A stretch of DNA of 64,000 nt from a virus: IMG/VR virus record IMGVR_UViG_3300007513_000010; one strand, 5' to 3'. The notes beneath the pieces are model-generated. The model did no database searches and had not been told where the DNA came from. It saw only the letters and a list, made by a program, of their open reading frames with translations. Of the stretch, positions 27,018 to 36,799 are shown piece by piece. Within the stretch, counting starts at the first letter, position 1, and each line of letters begins with the position of its first letter. The position numbers were made by a program, and so were the translations under genes.

Positions 27018-30000
27018 ATGGCAAAAGCAACAGGCTCCATTACAATTAATGGAAATCCGGATACAGATGGAAGTACCGTTGTCGTCGACGATGGTCAAGG
27101 TACGATCCACAGTGAAGTCACGTTTAATACCAGAGACGGCCCCACAGACCACAATGTAACGTCGAAGAACGCAAACTTGTTTACGACTTCAACGAATAGC
27201 ACCTCTTCAAGTCGCCCTCAAATGTACTTGAGGATTGGTGGAGGTAACTGGTCGTACAATAGTTTCGACGATGATTGGGGTATGGATGGAACCTACCCTG
27301 CAAAGCTGTGGATATCTGATACAGTAGGTAATAAAATATCTATTAGATTTTCCACTGCGACGTCAGGAACTTCCGGTTCAGCCGTCGATGATGCTTACAA
27401 CAGTCAATCTCGTAAGATCTCGACTGGCGTATACGAAGTAACAGCCAATAACGGCGTTACTGGTATTGTTGGTGGTATAATCTATGGTATCAAGGTTTGT
27501 ATACAGGATGCTATTGATAATGATAGTTTCGACTTAACAGTTTTAGTTAAGAATGGCTCAAATGCAACACAGACGAGTACCACTCCCAGTACAAGTATGA
27601 CTCAGTTATATTTGTACTCCCCGGAGAGTACAGACAGAGGTCCAGAACATGCCGGTATATCGGTTGGTCTGGATAGGCACAGCGGATCTTGGACAACCAC
27701 ATCTTCCGCTTCTGAGTATTTTGGTATTGCTGCTTATGCATCACATTCAGGGAGTAATTATGCTATTACGAATTTGAATGCATATGATACAGTTGGCTAT
27801 TGTTGGAAGGGTACTCCATATGAGGTTTCACATGGAGACTTAACAGCAGCAGAGATTGCTGATCAACTTAAAAAACTGATCAACGCATTGCCGATAGCGA
27901 TTACAGCAACAGTTAGTTCGAATGTAGTTAGTTTAACGAACGATGCCCACGGAACGGGGGCTAATGTAACCATAACAACAAACGACTCTACTAATTTTGG
28001 TGTCTCTGGCATGTCCGGTGGCAGCGCACAAGGTGGAGGAGGAGGATCAACACAAATGGCAAGAACAATGCTAAACAACAACCGGCTAGCAATAACAACT
28101 GCTCTGTTACCGCAAGATATAAACGAGCAGAATACTCAAGCTGACCTAGGTAGCACCTCAATGGAGTGGGGCGACCTTTATATGGCTGATGGCAAGGCTA
28201 TCAAACTTGGTCATGACCAAGAAGTTACGTTAACTCACGTTGCAGATACTGGTATTCTTTTGAATTCCAGCATGCAGCTCCAATTTGGTGATTCTGCAAC
28301 TCATATTAAGCAGGTCTCTGACACCAACCTGGAGATTGAAGCAGATGGATCAGTTATTCTCGATGCGCCTGTTCTTGATCTTCAAGATGACGGAGTTATC
28401 GTTAAGTTTGGCGATGATTCGGATGTCACCTTGACACATATCGCAGATACAGGACTTCGTTTGAACTCAACAATGGCACTTCAGTTCAACGACGCATCAC
28501 AATATATTTATGCTCCGTCAGCAACTGTGCTTGATATTCACGCTACTGATGAGGTAGAGATTACTGCAACTCTCTGTGATATTAATGCAAACCTGGATGT
28601 TTCAGGGACATATACCGGCGGCGGCCTGATGACCGTCGGCGGCAGTATTGTGATTCCAGACGCTGGCACAATTGGTTCCGCTTCGGACACTAACGCAATC
28701 GCTATTTCTAGTGGTGGTGTTGTTTCTGTTTCGGCCACCACTGACGCGTCCAGCTCAACAAGCGGTGTCCTCACTGTTGCTGGTGGTATGGGTGTTGCTA
28801 AAAAGCTATACGTTGGTACAGACTTGGACGTTGACGGCACAGCCAATCTTGACATTGTTGATATTGATGGCGCTGTAGACATGGCAAGTACACTAACCAT
28901 CGGCGGCGTTACCAAAGTCGGCTCTGCGGCTGGTAGTGGTGTAGATGCTTATCTTTACACTGCAGGCACAGCTGCTCATGTTGGTATTCAATGGGATGCT
29001 GATGGTGCGACAGAAGGTATGTTGATCGGTGGTGCAGATGATCACGGTGTGGACTTTAAGTTCTTCGGTGAATCAGCTGGTAAATTTGTTCACTGGGACA
29101 TGTCTGGAGACGAGCTTGTTCTTGGTTCCTCTGCAAAGTTATCATTTAACGACGCTGCCGGCGACGAAACCATCCTTGCCTCAGCCGACGGTCACTTGGA
29201 GGTTAATGCAGGTACTACTCTCGATATGACTGCTCCGACTGTTGATATTAATGCGGCGACAGCTGTCACTATCGATACCCCTGGTATTACGGTCACAGAT
29301 TCAACCACAAGTAGTGCCACAGAGGGTGGATACATACGATTGGCATCAGACGACGGTGCCGCCTTGGCCGACGATCATCGACTAGGTGTAATTGAGTTCG
29401 CTGCCGCAGAGGACGGTTCGAGTACCATGACAGTAGGTGCAAGAATTGAAGCTATCGCTGATGCCACCTGGTCGGACACCGAGAACGGTGCAGCATTAGT
29501 TATGTATACAACAGACGGCAATGCTGCACAATCTGAAGTATTGAGGCTGGATAGTGATAAGTTGGCAACTTTTGCCGGCGCCGTTACCGTAACAGGTGAC
29601 CTTACGATCAACGGTACTACATCGACTGTCAACAGTACAGTTGTTACAATTGATGATCCAATCTTTACGTTGGGTGGTGATACAGCACCTAGTTCAGATG
29701 ACAATAAAGACCGTGGTATTGAATTCCGTTATTACGATTCCGCTGCTAGAATTGGTTTTATGGGTTGGGATGATAGTGCAAGTGGTTTTACACTGCTTAG
29801 CGCTGCATCAAACAGCTCAGAAGTATTTTCTGGTACTGCTGCTCCATTAGTTATGGGCGGTTTGACAGCTACGACTATTGGTGCTACTGGCGCCTGTACT
29901 CTAGCCAGCTCTTCCGGTGTGACTACCATTGGTGCAACAACAGGTGCTACTGTTTCGGCAGCTGGTATTATAAATGTTAATAATGCGACTGATGCAACTT

Positions 30001-31571
30001 CTACTACTGACGGCTCACTTCAAACTGATGGTGGGTTAAGTGTCGCCAAAGCAATCTATAACGGAACTTCCGTTGTTCTTGCTGCAGATTCTGGTACTGT
30101 AACAATGGGTGCAACAACAGGCGCGGTAGTAACAGCGGCTGGCATCCTAAATATTAATAACCAAACTGATGCATCTTCGAAGACCGACGGTTCATTACAG
30201 ACCGACGGTGGTTTGAGTGTTGCTAAAAAGGCTTATGTCGGTACTGGACTTACAGTTGAGGCTGGTGGTATTGAAGTTGATGCTGGTGATGTTAACATCG
30301 ACAGCACTACTGCTGCTTCTAGTAAAACTACTGGTGCTCTCAAAGTTGCCGGTGGTATCAGTGCTCAGCTGAAGGGTCACTTCGGTACTGGACTTACAAC
30401 CGATTCTGGTGGTCTTACTGTGACTGCTGGTGGCGTTGAAGTTTCTGCTGGCCGTGTTCTCATTGATGATACAACTGATGCTACGACCACATCCGATGGC
30501 GCCCTCGTGGTCGCCGGCGGCATAAGTTGTGGTGAGGATGTCGTCATTGGTAATGATTTGGACCTGCTCTCTGACGGCGCGATCATGAACTTTGGCGCAG
30601 ACCAAGATGTTAATCTAACCCATGTTCATGACACAGGTCTTCTGTTGAATAGCAGCCGCCAGCTCCAGTTTGGTGATTCTGCAACGCATATTAAGCAGGT
30701 TGCAGACGGCCAATTAGAAATGGAAGCTGATGTTGCTATTCAGCTTGATGCTCCGATTATCGACTTTGAAGATGACGGTGTTGTTTTGCAGTTTGGTGAT
30801 GGTGATGATGTCACCTTGACACATGTTCATGATGCAGGGCTTCGCGTGAACTCAACAATGGCACTTCAGTTCCAAGATGCTGGCACCAAGATTTGGTCAT
30901 CAGAAGATGGCCAGCTTGATCTCCAGTCTGACGGAACCATGGTAGACTCCATTCTTTTGAATGGTTCTGCTGGTGGCGTGAAGATAAATTCAGCACTAGA
31001 TGGTAACGCCGCGGCGATTCACCTTGATTCGGCGTCAGGTCTTACTTTTGCAGGCGGTGATCAAGATGATTCAGTTTATTTTGAGAACAGTCCCATTCAG
31101 ATGGAGCAAATTTCTGCACCTTCGACTACGACTGATAAGTTATATAACGTTTCTGGCGTTCTTTATTGGGCAGGCGCCCGTATTGGCGCACAAGCAGGGC
31201 ACGGTATTAAGGATACCTCTGGTACCTTTTCCATAGTTTCAGTAGAGCATTCATTTATGTCTGCATCTACTTCAGACTTTGTTACCGGCAATGTTGCGGT
31301 CGCTGGCGGCGCAGTGGCAAATACCTGTTCATTCACAGGCGCTGCTGGTCAAGCGCTCTCCGGTTCGATACAAGTCTACTTGAACGGTATGCTTCTTACA
31401 CGCTCCGGATCAATCTCTGATAAGGGTATGTCAGCAGCGATGCAGGCAACCGCTTCGAGCTACTATGACTACCGTTTTGATAGTTTGTCTACCCCAACTA
31501 AGGTCTATCTGGAAGACTCATTGGACAGCGATGATGTTCTTACTGTTAGATTTATTGCAAGGTCGGACTAA
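27018..31571 (+). CDS. Large repetitive fibre-like virion protein (1517 aa)
   Basis: Gly/Thr/Ser/Asp-rich with repeated A(T/S)SxTxGxLxxxGGxxVAK units and TIDDPIFTLG...DRGIEF fibre-like segment; SD AGGAGG; followed by a terminator. Confidence 0.75.
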   Translation: MAKATGSITINGNPDTDGSTVVVDDGQGTIHSEVTFNTRDGPTDHNVTSKNANLFTTSTNSTSSSRPQMYLRIGGGNWSYNSFDDDWGMDGTYPAKLWISDTVGNKISIRFSTATSGTSGSAVDDAYNSQSRKISTGVYEVTANNGVTGIVGGIIYGIKVCIQDAIDNDSFDLTVLVKNGSNATQTSTTPSTSMTQLYLYSPESTDRGPEHAGISVGLDRHSGSWTTTSSASEYFGIAAYASHSGSNYAITNLNAYDTVGYCWKGTPYEVSHGDLTAAEIADQLKKLINALPIAITATVSSNVVSLTNDAHGTGANVTITTNDSTNFGVSGMSGGSAQGGGGGSTQMARTMLNNNRLAITTALLPQDINEQNTQADLGSTSMEWGDLYMADGKAIKLGHDQEVTLTHVADTGILLNSSMQLQFGDSATHIKQVSDTNLEIEADGSVILDAPVLDLQDDGVIVKFGDDSDVTLTHIADTGLRLNSTMALQFNDASQYIYAPSATVLDIHATDEVEITATLCDINANLDVSGTYTGGGLMTVGGSIVIPDAGTIGSASDTNAIAISSGGVVSVSATTDASSSTSGVLTVAGGMGVAKKLYVGTDLDVDGTANLDIVDIDGAVDMASTLTIGGVTKVGSAAGSGVDAYLYTAGTAAHVGIQWDADGATEGMLIGGADDHGVDFKFFGESAGKFVHWDMSGDELVLGSSAKLSFNDAAGDETILASADGHLEVNAGTTLDMTAPTVDINAATAVTIDTPGITVTDSTTSSATEGGYIRLASDDGAALADDHRLGVIEFAAAEDGSSTMTVGARIEAIADATWSDTENGAALVMYTTDGNAAQSEVLRLDSDKLATFAGAVTVTGDLTINGTTSTVNSTVVTIDDPIFTLGGDTAPSSDDNKDRGIEFRYYDSAARIGFMGWDDSASGFTLLSAASNSSEVFSGTAAPLVMGGLTATTIGATGACTLASSSGVTTIGATTGATVSAAGIINVNNATDATSTTDGSLQTDGGLSVAKAIYNGTSVVLAADSGTVTMGATTGAVVTAAGILNINNQTDASSKTDGSLQTDGGLSVAKKAYVGTGLTVEAGGIEVDAGDVNIDSTTAASSKTTGALKVAGGISAQLKGHFGTGLTTDSGGLTVTAGGVEVSAGRVLIDDTTDATTTSDGALVVAGGISCGEDVVIGNDLDLLSDGAIMNFGADQDVNLTHVHDTGLLLNSSRQLQFGDSATHIKQVADGQLEMEADVAIQLDAPIIDFEDDGVVLQFGDGDDVTLTHVHDAGLRVNSTMALQFQDAGTKIWSSEDGQLDLQSDGTMVDSILLNGSAGGVKINSALDGNAAAIHLDSASGLTFAGGDQDDSVYFENSPIQMEQISAPSTTTDKLYNVSGVLYWAGARIGAQAGHGIKDTSGTFSIVSVEHSFMSASTSDFVTGNVAVAGGAVANTCSFTGAAGQALSGSIQVYLNGMLLTRSGSISDKGMSAAMQATASSYYDYRFDSLSTPTKVYLEDSLDSDDVLTVRFIARSD

Positions 31572-31592
31572 TAATCTGCCTTGTTAAGATCG

Positions 31593-31618
31593 AGGGGGGC
31601 TCCGGCCCCCCTTTTTTT
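31593..31618 (+). terminator. Rho-independent terminator
   Basis: AGGGGGGC-tccg-GCCCCCCT followed by a T tract. Confidence 0.9.
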
Positions 31619-31706
31619 AATTTCTTTTTAGATAAGACCAAACTATTTATATTACGTAAGGTTATTTTAATTTTAGTTATCCCATTTAATCGAGGAGATA
31701 AATTAT

Positions 31707-34700
31707 ATGTCAGCTAGAAAATTTAAGTTTGTATCGCCAGGAATCTTTCTAAAAGAGATAGATCAGTCACAGATCCCTGCAGATGCCCCCGCCATTGGCC
31801 CGGTAATAATAGGTCGCACAGAGCATGGCCCAGCGATGCGGCCATATAGGGTTAGATCTTTTGATGAATTTGTGAGAGTATTTGGCGGCCCTACGCCTGG
31901 CTGTCAGGGTGAAGATATCTGGCGAAACGGCGGAGCTAGTTTAGCACCGACCTATGCTGCATATGCTGCGCAAGCATATTTAACGGCAGACATAGATGTC
32001 CCGGTTAATATTGTTAGACTTTTAGGGATCAAGCATCCAGAGGCAACTGACGCCGGCGAAGCCGGGTGGGAATCCAGCCAGGCATGGGGTATGTTTACAT
32101 ATAGATCTTCATCCCTCGGTACTGATCTGACTGCACCCGATATGCGCCTAGCTGCTGTATTCTATGGAGACTCAGCCTTGACAGCAAGCCTTGTGGGTAT
32201 CCAAGCCCACAAGGCGGGCACGAACGCTGAACTAACTGCAAGCCAGATAGGTATTAAGGCAGGTGCCAATGATAAATTTAAGATTAGATTTTCAAACGGG
32301 ACAACAACTACTTCTCCTTATACGATCTCGTTTAACCCTAGTAATACAGATTTCGTTAGAAGCGTCTTGAACACCAATCCTGTTTTGAATAATTCTACAA
32401 TTTCTTCTCCAAGGTCTGGATCATTGGAGCAGGCCTACTGGCTAGCGCATTCGTTTGAAGATACGGCACTTGTTCATTCTTCAAGTGCTGATACGAATCA
32501 CTTGTGTGGAATCACAATACCTCTTCAGACCACCACCGCAGCAGGTTCTAAGACTCACATGGGTGATTTCAATGAAGAGGCCCGTGCCGCTCGCTCAGGG
32601 TGGATTTTCTCTCAAGATATGGGAGTCTCTGGTTCGTTTAATCCGATGTCCACAACAAATGCCCCACAAAAATTATTTAGATTTGTTTCGCTTCATGAAG
32701 GGGAGGACATATCTCGAAGATACAAAGTTTCAATCGAAGACATAAGGCTTCCAGATGCCAATGCTGTTAATCCTTACGGTTCTTTCACGGTTAGTATCAG
32801 AAGGACGCAGGATAGAGATGATAACAAGCATGGAGTAGTAGAAACTTTCACTGGATGCAGCTTAAATCCAAATTCATCAGATTATATTGCAAGAAGGATA
32901 GGAGATACTTACCATTCGTGGGACAACTTCGAGCAAAGGTATAAACATTATGGAAATTATAAAAACATTTCAGAGGTCGTTCGCATCGAGATGAATAATG
33001 ATGTAGACTCTGGTATGGCTGAACCCTCTTTGGTGCCTTTCGGGTTCTTGGGTCCAATAAAGCCAATTGATTTTTCTCAATCTGTTGGCTCGGCTGTGAA
33101 CACAAAATGGATTAATTTCAATCCTCCCGCAAGAGCATCCGCTACGATTATGGTTGATACTGCCAGCGGCTGGTCAACGACGCCCCTCACATTAATATTA
33201 ACAAACTCTGACGGTACATCTGTTACTTTTACAGTTCAAGGTGGCGTCAATGATTACTCCGCGGCCAACAGAACAGGCAACATTAGACTCACGGGAATAA
33301 ATGGCAACAAGGCGACGCTCGCTGATAACTTTAAATCAGCGCTTGACCTGGCCGTTTTGGTCGGCCACCTAGACATGACAGTTTCCGCGCCAGCCAGCGA
33401 CGGGGCCGCGGCCACAGTTATCACACTAACTCAACTCACATCAGGTGCCCCAGGCAATAAGCCGATTGGAGGCACAGCCGTCAGCGGCGATAAAGTGAAA
33501 GTCAACCAGACATCTGCCGGCGGAGCCCAAGGCGAAAAGACTTTTGTATCAGGGGTGGGCGCGCGCCAAACATACCATGTCGCACCCGCTTTGGACATGC
33601 ATAATAGTACTCCTAAATTTGTGTGGCCTAAGATGCAAACTGTTGCGACTGGAAATGTCGAACAATTAGAGACAACTTATTTTGGCTTTACTCCTCACGA
33701 CCTAACAGTTGCTGGTGAGATAGTCGGCGCCCGGACTTTTAATGATGCTTATAAAGATTATATTCGTATGCTGCCAAAAGATCTTTTGGATGCAGACGGC
33801 ATCTTAAGCAGTTCAGACGTTGAGAAAGAGTATTCTTGGGCGTTTAGCTTGGATGACGTGATCCTTACTTCGTCTATTAACGGCCTCCCTTCTCTTGGTG
33901 GGGTTACACCCACATCGGTCTACTATGCTTCTGGCTCCCGCGCGACATATCACCCTGACGACTCTTCTTATACTGCTCGAGCTTCGGCAAGAGATCTGTT
34001 GAGAATGGGGGTAAACCAGTTCACTCTCCCGTTGGTGGGTGGTTTTGATGGCACAAACATAAAAGAGGCTGATCCATTTAACAACACAGCGTTGGGAGAC
34101 TCTACTTCCACGTCGAAAAATAATTACGCTTGGGCATCCGTCGAACGCGCTATTCTGTCAGTCAGGGATCCAGAGGTGGTTGAATGCAATGTCATGGCGG
34201 CCCCTGGTATCACAAATGAGGCTCTTGCGAATAAGCTTGTTTCCGTTGCAGAATCAAGGGCTGACACTTTGGCAATAATTGACTTACCTAACGTGTTTAT
34301 CCCTCCTCACGAGGCGAAAAAGGATAGCTTTAAGAATCGCCTAGGAACCACTGCAAAGCAGGCAGCCAGAGATTTGAAGGAGAGAGGGCTAAGTTCTAGT
34401 TACGGCTGCGCTTATTATCCTTGGGTTAAGGTGGCGGATACGCTGTCAGATGCTCAAGTTTGGCTGCCCCCTTCTGTAATAGCTTTGGGTGTCTTCGGGT
34501 ATACAGAGGAGAGGGATGAGATCTGGTTTGCCCCCGCAGGCTTCAACCGCGGCGGCTTAAACCAGGGTAATGCGGGCCTTCCGGTCTTAAATGTGTCAGA
34601 ACACTTGAGCTCGAAAGAGCGCGACGTTCTATATGATGCCCAAGTTAATCCAATAGCCAAGTTCCCATCGGAAGGTCTGGTGGTCTTTGGCCAAAAGACC

Positions 34701-35042
34701 CTGCAACAAACAAGCTCTGCACTTGATAGGATAAATGTTAGAAGGCTTTTGATCTACGTGAAGAAGGAAGTTTCAAAAATCGCCTCGACACTACTTTTCG
34801 ATCAAAATGTTCAGGCAACCTGGAACAGGTTCTTGGGCAAGGTAAATCCATTCTTAAGCAGTGTCAAGAGTAGGCTTGGGTTGTCGGACTTTAAAGTTAT
34901 ATTGGACGACTCTACGACAACTCCGGACCTAATAGATAGAAACATAATGTATGCTAAAATATTCCTAAAACCTGCTCGCGCCATTGAGTTTATTGCTATT
35001 GATTTTATTATCACCAGTACAGGAGCTTCTTTTGAGGATTAA
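31707..35042 (+). CDS. Tail sheath protein (T4 gp18-like) with insertions
   Basis: VSPGIFLKEID N-terminus, YYPWV, WFAPAGFNRG, VNPIA, FGQKTLQ, DRINVRRLL and KPARAIEFIAIDF; ACTATTTA at 31642-31649. Confidence 0.95.
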   Translation: MSARKFKFVSPGIFLKEIDQSQIPADAPAIGPVIIGRTEHGPAMRPYRVRSFDEFVRVFGGPTPGCQGEDIWRNGGASLAPTYAAYAAQAYLTADIDVPVNIVRLLGIKHPEATDAGEAGWESSQAWGMFTYRSSSLGTDLTAPDMRLAAVFYGDSALTASLVGIQAHKAGTNAELTASQIGIKAGANDKFKIRFSNGTTTTSPYTISFNPSNTDFVRSVLNTNPVLNNSTISSPRSGSLEQAYWLAHSFEDTALVHSSSADTNHLCGITIPLQTTTAAGSKTHMGDFNEEARAARSGWIFSQDMGVSGSFNPMSTTNAPQKLFRFVSLHEGEDISRRYKVSIEDIRLPDANAVNPYGSFTVSIRRTQDRDDNKHGVVETFTGCSLNPNSSDYIARRIGDTYHSWDNFEQRYKHYGNYKNISEVVRIEMNNDVDSGMAEPSLVPFGFLGPIKPIDFSQSVGSAVNTKWINFNPPARASATIMVDTASGWSTTPLTLILTNSDGTSVTFTVQGGVNDYSAANRTGNIRLTGINGNKATLADNFKSALDLAVLVGHLDMTVSAPASDGAAATVITLTQLTSGAPGNKPIGGTAVSGDKVKVNQTSAGGAQGEKTFVSGVGARQTYHVAPALDMHNSTPKFVWPKMQTVATGNVEQLETTYFGFTPHDLTVAGEIVGARTFNDAYKDYIRMLPKDLLDADGILSSSDVEKEYSWAFSLDDVILTSSINGLPSLGGVTPTSVYYASGSRATYHPDDSSYTARASARDLLRMGVNQFTLPLVGGFDGTNIKEADPFNNTALGDSTSTSKNNYAWASVERAILSVRDPEVVECNVMAAPGITNEALANKLVSVAESRADTLAIIDLPNVFIPPHEAKKDSFKNRLGTTAKQAARDLKERGLSSSYGCAYYPWVKVADTLSDAQVWLPPSVIALGVFGYTEERDEIWFAPAGFNRGGLNQGNAGLPVLNVSEHLSSKERDVLYDAQVNPIAKFPSEGLVVFGQKTLQQTSSALDRINVRRLLIYVKKEVSKIASTLLFDQNVQATWNRFLGKVNPFLSSVKSRLGLSDFKVILDDSTTTPDLIDRNIMYAKIFLKPARAIEFIAIDFIITSTGASFED

Positions 35043-35106
35043 AAAAATATTTTAAACTAATTAATAAGTGAGTTATAATTATAACTCTAATAGGAGATCT
35101 AATAAT

Positions 35107-35742
35107 ATGCCATTTTGGAGCGAAATCAGCATAGAGCCAAAAAGAAAATTTAGATGGTTACTCTATTTTTCTGGCCTACCACAGTTTGTAGTTAAGTCGG
35201 TATCTAAGCCAAAGTTCAACATTGGATCTCAGACTCATGATTTTTTAAACTATAAGTTTAATTACCCTGGAAAGGTGGAGTGGCAGTCGCTAAGCATGAC
35301 GTTGGTCGACCCAGTCCAGCCGGATGCAGTCAAAAGTTTTATGCAGATTTTGGAGAATTCGGGATATCAGATGCCAGATGACTTTGTAACAGCAGCCACA
35401 GGACAGTCCGCATTGGGGGGAATCAAGTCTATAACAAAACAATCTATGGTTACATCATTGGGCGGAGAGATACAAATAGTTCAGCTTGCTTCCCGCGCAA
35501 GGCCAGAAACTGACGGCCCCGCAGGGATAATGCGACCAGTAGAAAAGTGGACAGTCCACAATCCAATAATTACATCAGTTGATTTTGATGATCTGGATTA
35601 TGGTAACGAAGAAATAATGAATATTAAAATCGAAATGAAGTATGATTGGGCAAACCTTGATCGCTCACCAGCCGGAGGCGGTTGGAATACTTTTAATTTA
35701 GAGTCGCCCAACTCTAATATAAATGATTTTACGGGCGAGTAA
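35107..35742 (+). CDS. Tail tube protein (T4 gp19-like)
   Basis: EPKRKFRW, KSVSKPK, YPGKVEW, DLDY and MKYDWA; directly after the sheath gene; ACTAATTA at 35056-35063. Confidence 0.85.
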   Translation: MPFWSEISIEPKRKFRWLLYFSGLPQFVVKSVSKPKFNIGSQTHDFLNYKFNYPGKVEWQSLSMTLVDPVQPDAVKSFMQILENSGYQMPDDFVTAATGQSALGGIKSITKQSMVTSLGGEIQIVQLASRARPETDGPAGIMRPVEKWTVHNPIITSVDFDDLDYGNEEIMNIKIEMKYDWANLDRSPAGGGWNTFNLESPNSNINDFTGE

Positions 35743-35765
35743 TATTAGACAAAGCAGAGGAGTGA

Positions 35766-36629
35766 ATGTCTAGAAATAATTCGAAGAGGCTACAAGCTTC
35801 TTCTGTAAACGAAGTGCCAGTTGAGGCAATGTCACCTCACCCGCCGCACACAACCGCGAATCTAATTGGAGATATCTCTTTAGTTGTGCCTACTCAAACT
35901 GTAGAACTCCCATCAAGAGGAATGTTCTACAAGGAAGGCACCAGTCTATTCGGGAAAGAATCAATAGAAATAAAAGCCCTCACAGCAAAAGAGGAAGATA
36001 TATTATCGTCTGCAGAATACCTAAAAGCAGGGACAGTTTTTGATAAACTGTTGGACAGCATAATAATAGATAAGACGATAGACCATACAGAGCTTTTATC
36101 GGGAGACAAGAATGCTCTCCTTATCGCAGCTAGAGTTTCGGGTTATGGTCCGGAGTATCTTGTTACAAAGGAGTGCCCTCACTGTAACAAAGAGTGTGAA
36201 TTTACCTATGATCTTACGATCGCAAAACCAGAAGAAGAGACTCTAGATGAAGTGGAGTTTAGGGAGGGTCTGTTTTGGACACATTTACCTAAATCGAATA
36301 TTTCAATTGGTTTTAGGTTGATGACCGGCAAAGATCGGAAGTTCTTGGATAGTCAGGCAGAGAAAAAAGGAAAATTAAACTTAGAAACCACACAGTTGTT
36401 AGATTTTTTGAGATATGTTATTGTTGAAGCTGGTGGCTCCCGAGATCCACAGCTGTTGAATCAGTTTGTTGAGATAATGCCTGCTCTAGATTCTAGAAAA
36501 TTAAGAAAAACGTATAATGAAGTCATGCCAGACTTGGATACTAAACAAAGTTTAGTGTGTAGCTCTTGTTCCCGGGAACATGAAAGCGAGGTATGGTTTG
36601 GCTTAAACTTTTTTTGGCCTGACGTCTAA
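35766..36629 (+). CDS. Tail assembly chaperone / baseplate hub assembly protein (gp26-like)
   Basis: VELPSRG, TAKEEDIL, GDKNALLIAAR..GYG, two CxxC pairs, ends FFWPDV; between tube and tape measure genes. Confidence 0.75.
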   Translation: MSRNNSKRLQASSVNEVPVEAMSPHPPHTTANLIGDISLVVPTQTVELPSRGMFYKEGTSLFGKESIEIKALTAKEEDILSSAEYLKAGTVFDKLLDSIIIDKTIDHTELLSGDKNALLIAARVSGYGPEYLVTKECPHCNKECEFTYDLTIAKPEEETLDEVEFREGLFWTHLPKSNISIGFRLMTGKDRKFLDSQAEKKGKLNLETTQLLDFLRYVIVEAGGSRDPQLLNQFVEIMPALDSRKLRKTYNEVMPDLDTKQSLVCSSCSREHESEVWFGLNFFWPDV

Positions 36630-36780
36630 ATATATGGAGTCTGTTTATGAGCAGATCTTTTACCTTAAAACTGTTGGAAATTGGCAATTCCTAGAAGCAT
36701 ACACTCTACCAATACCTCTCCGCGATTGGTTTTTTAAGAAACTAGTAGAATTTAAAACCCCCCCTGAACAAAAAACTTAA
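36607..36780 (+). CDS. +1-frame ORF (...FFGLTSKYMESVYEQIFYLK...LPIPLRDWFFKKL...), probable frameshift extension of the chaperone; ATG at 36634
   Basis: The frame opens right after TAA 36604-36606 at the T7 run 36609-36615 and fills the gap before the tape measure gene; no SD before ATG 36634. Confidence 0.65.
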   Translation, partial: TFFGLTSKYMESVYEQIFYLKTVGNWQFLEAYTLPIPLRDWFFKKLVEFKTPPEQKT

Positions 36781-36799
36781 GCTTGCTGATAATTAGTGT

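Noticed and set aside
27018-31571. Diversity-generating retroelement target/template pair in the fibre gene
   Set aside because: The duplicated segments are both in-frame coding, differences are not confined to adenines, and there is no reverse transcriptase in the window.
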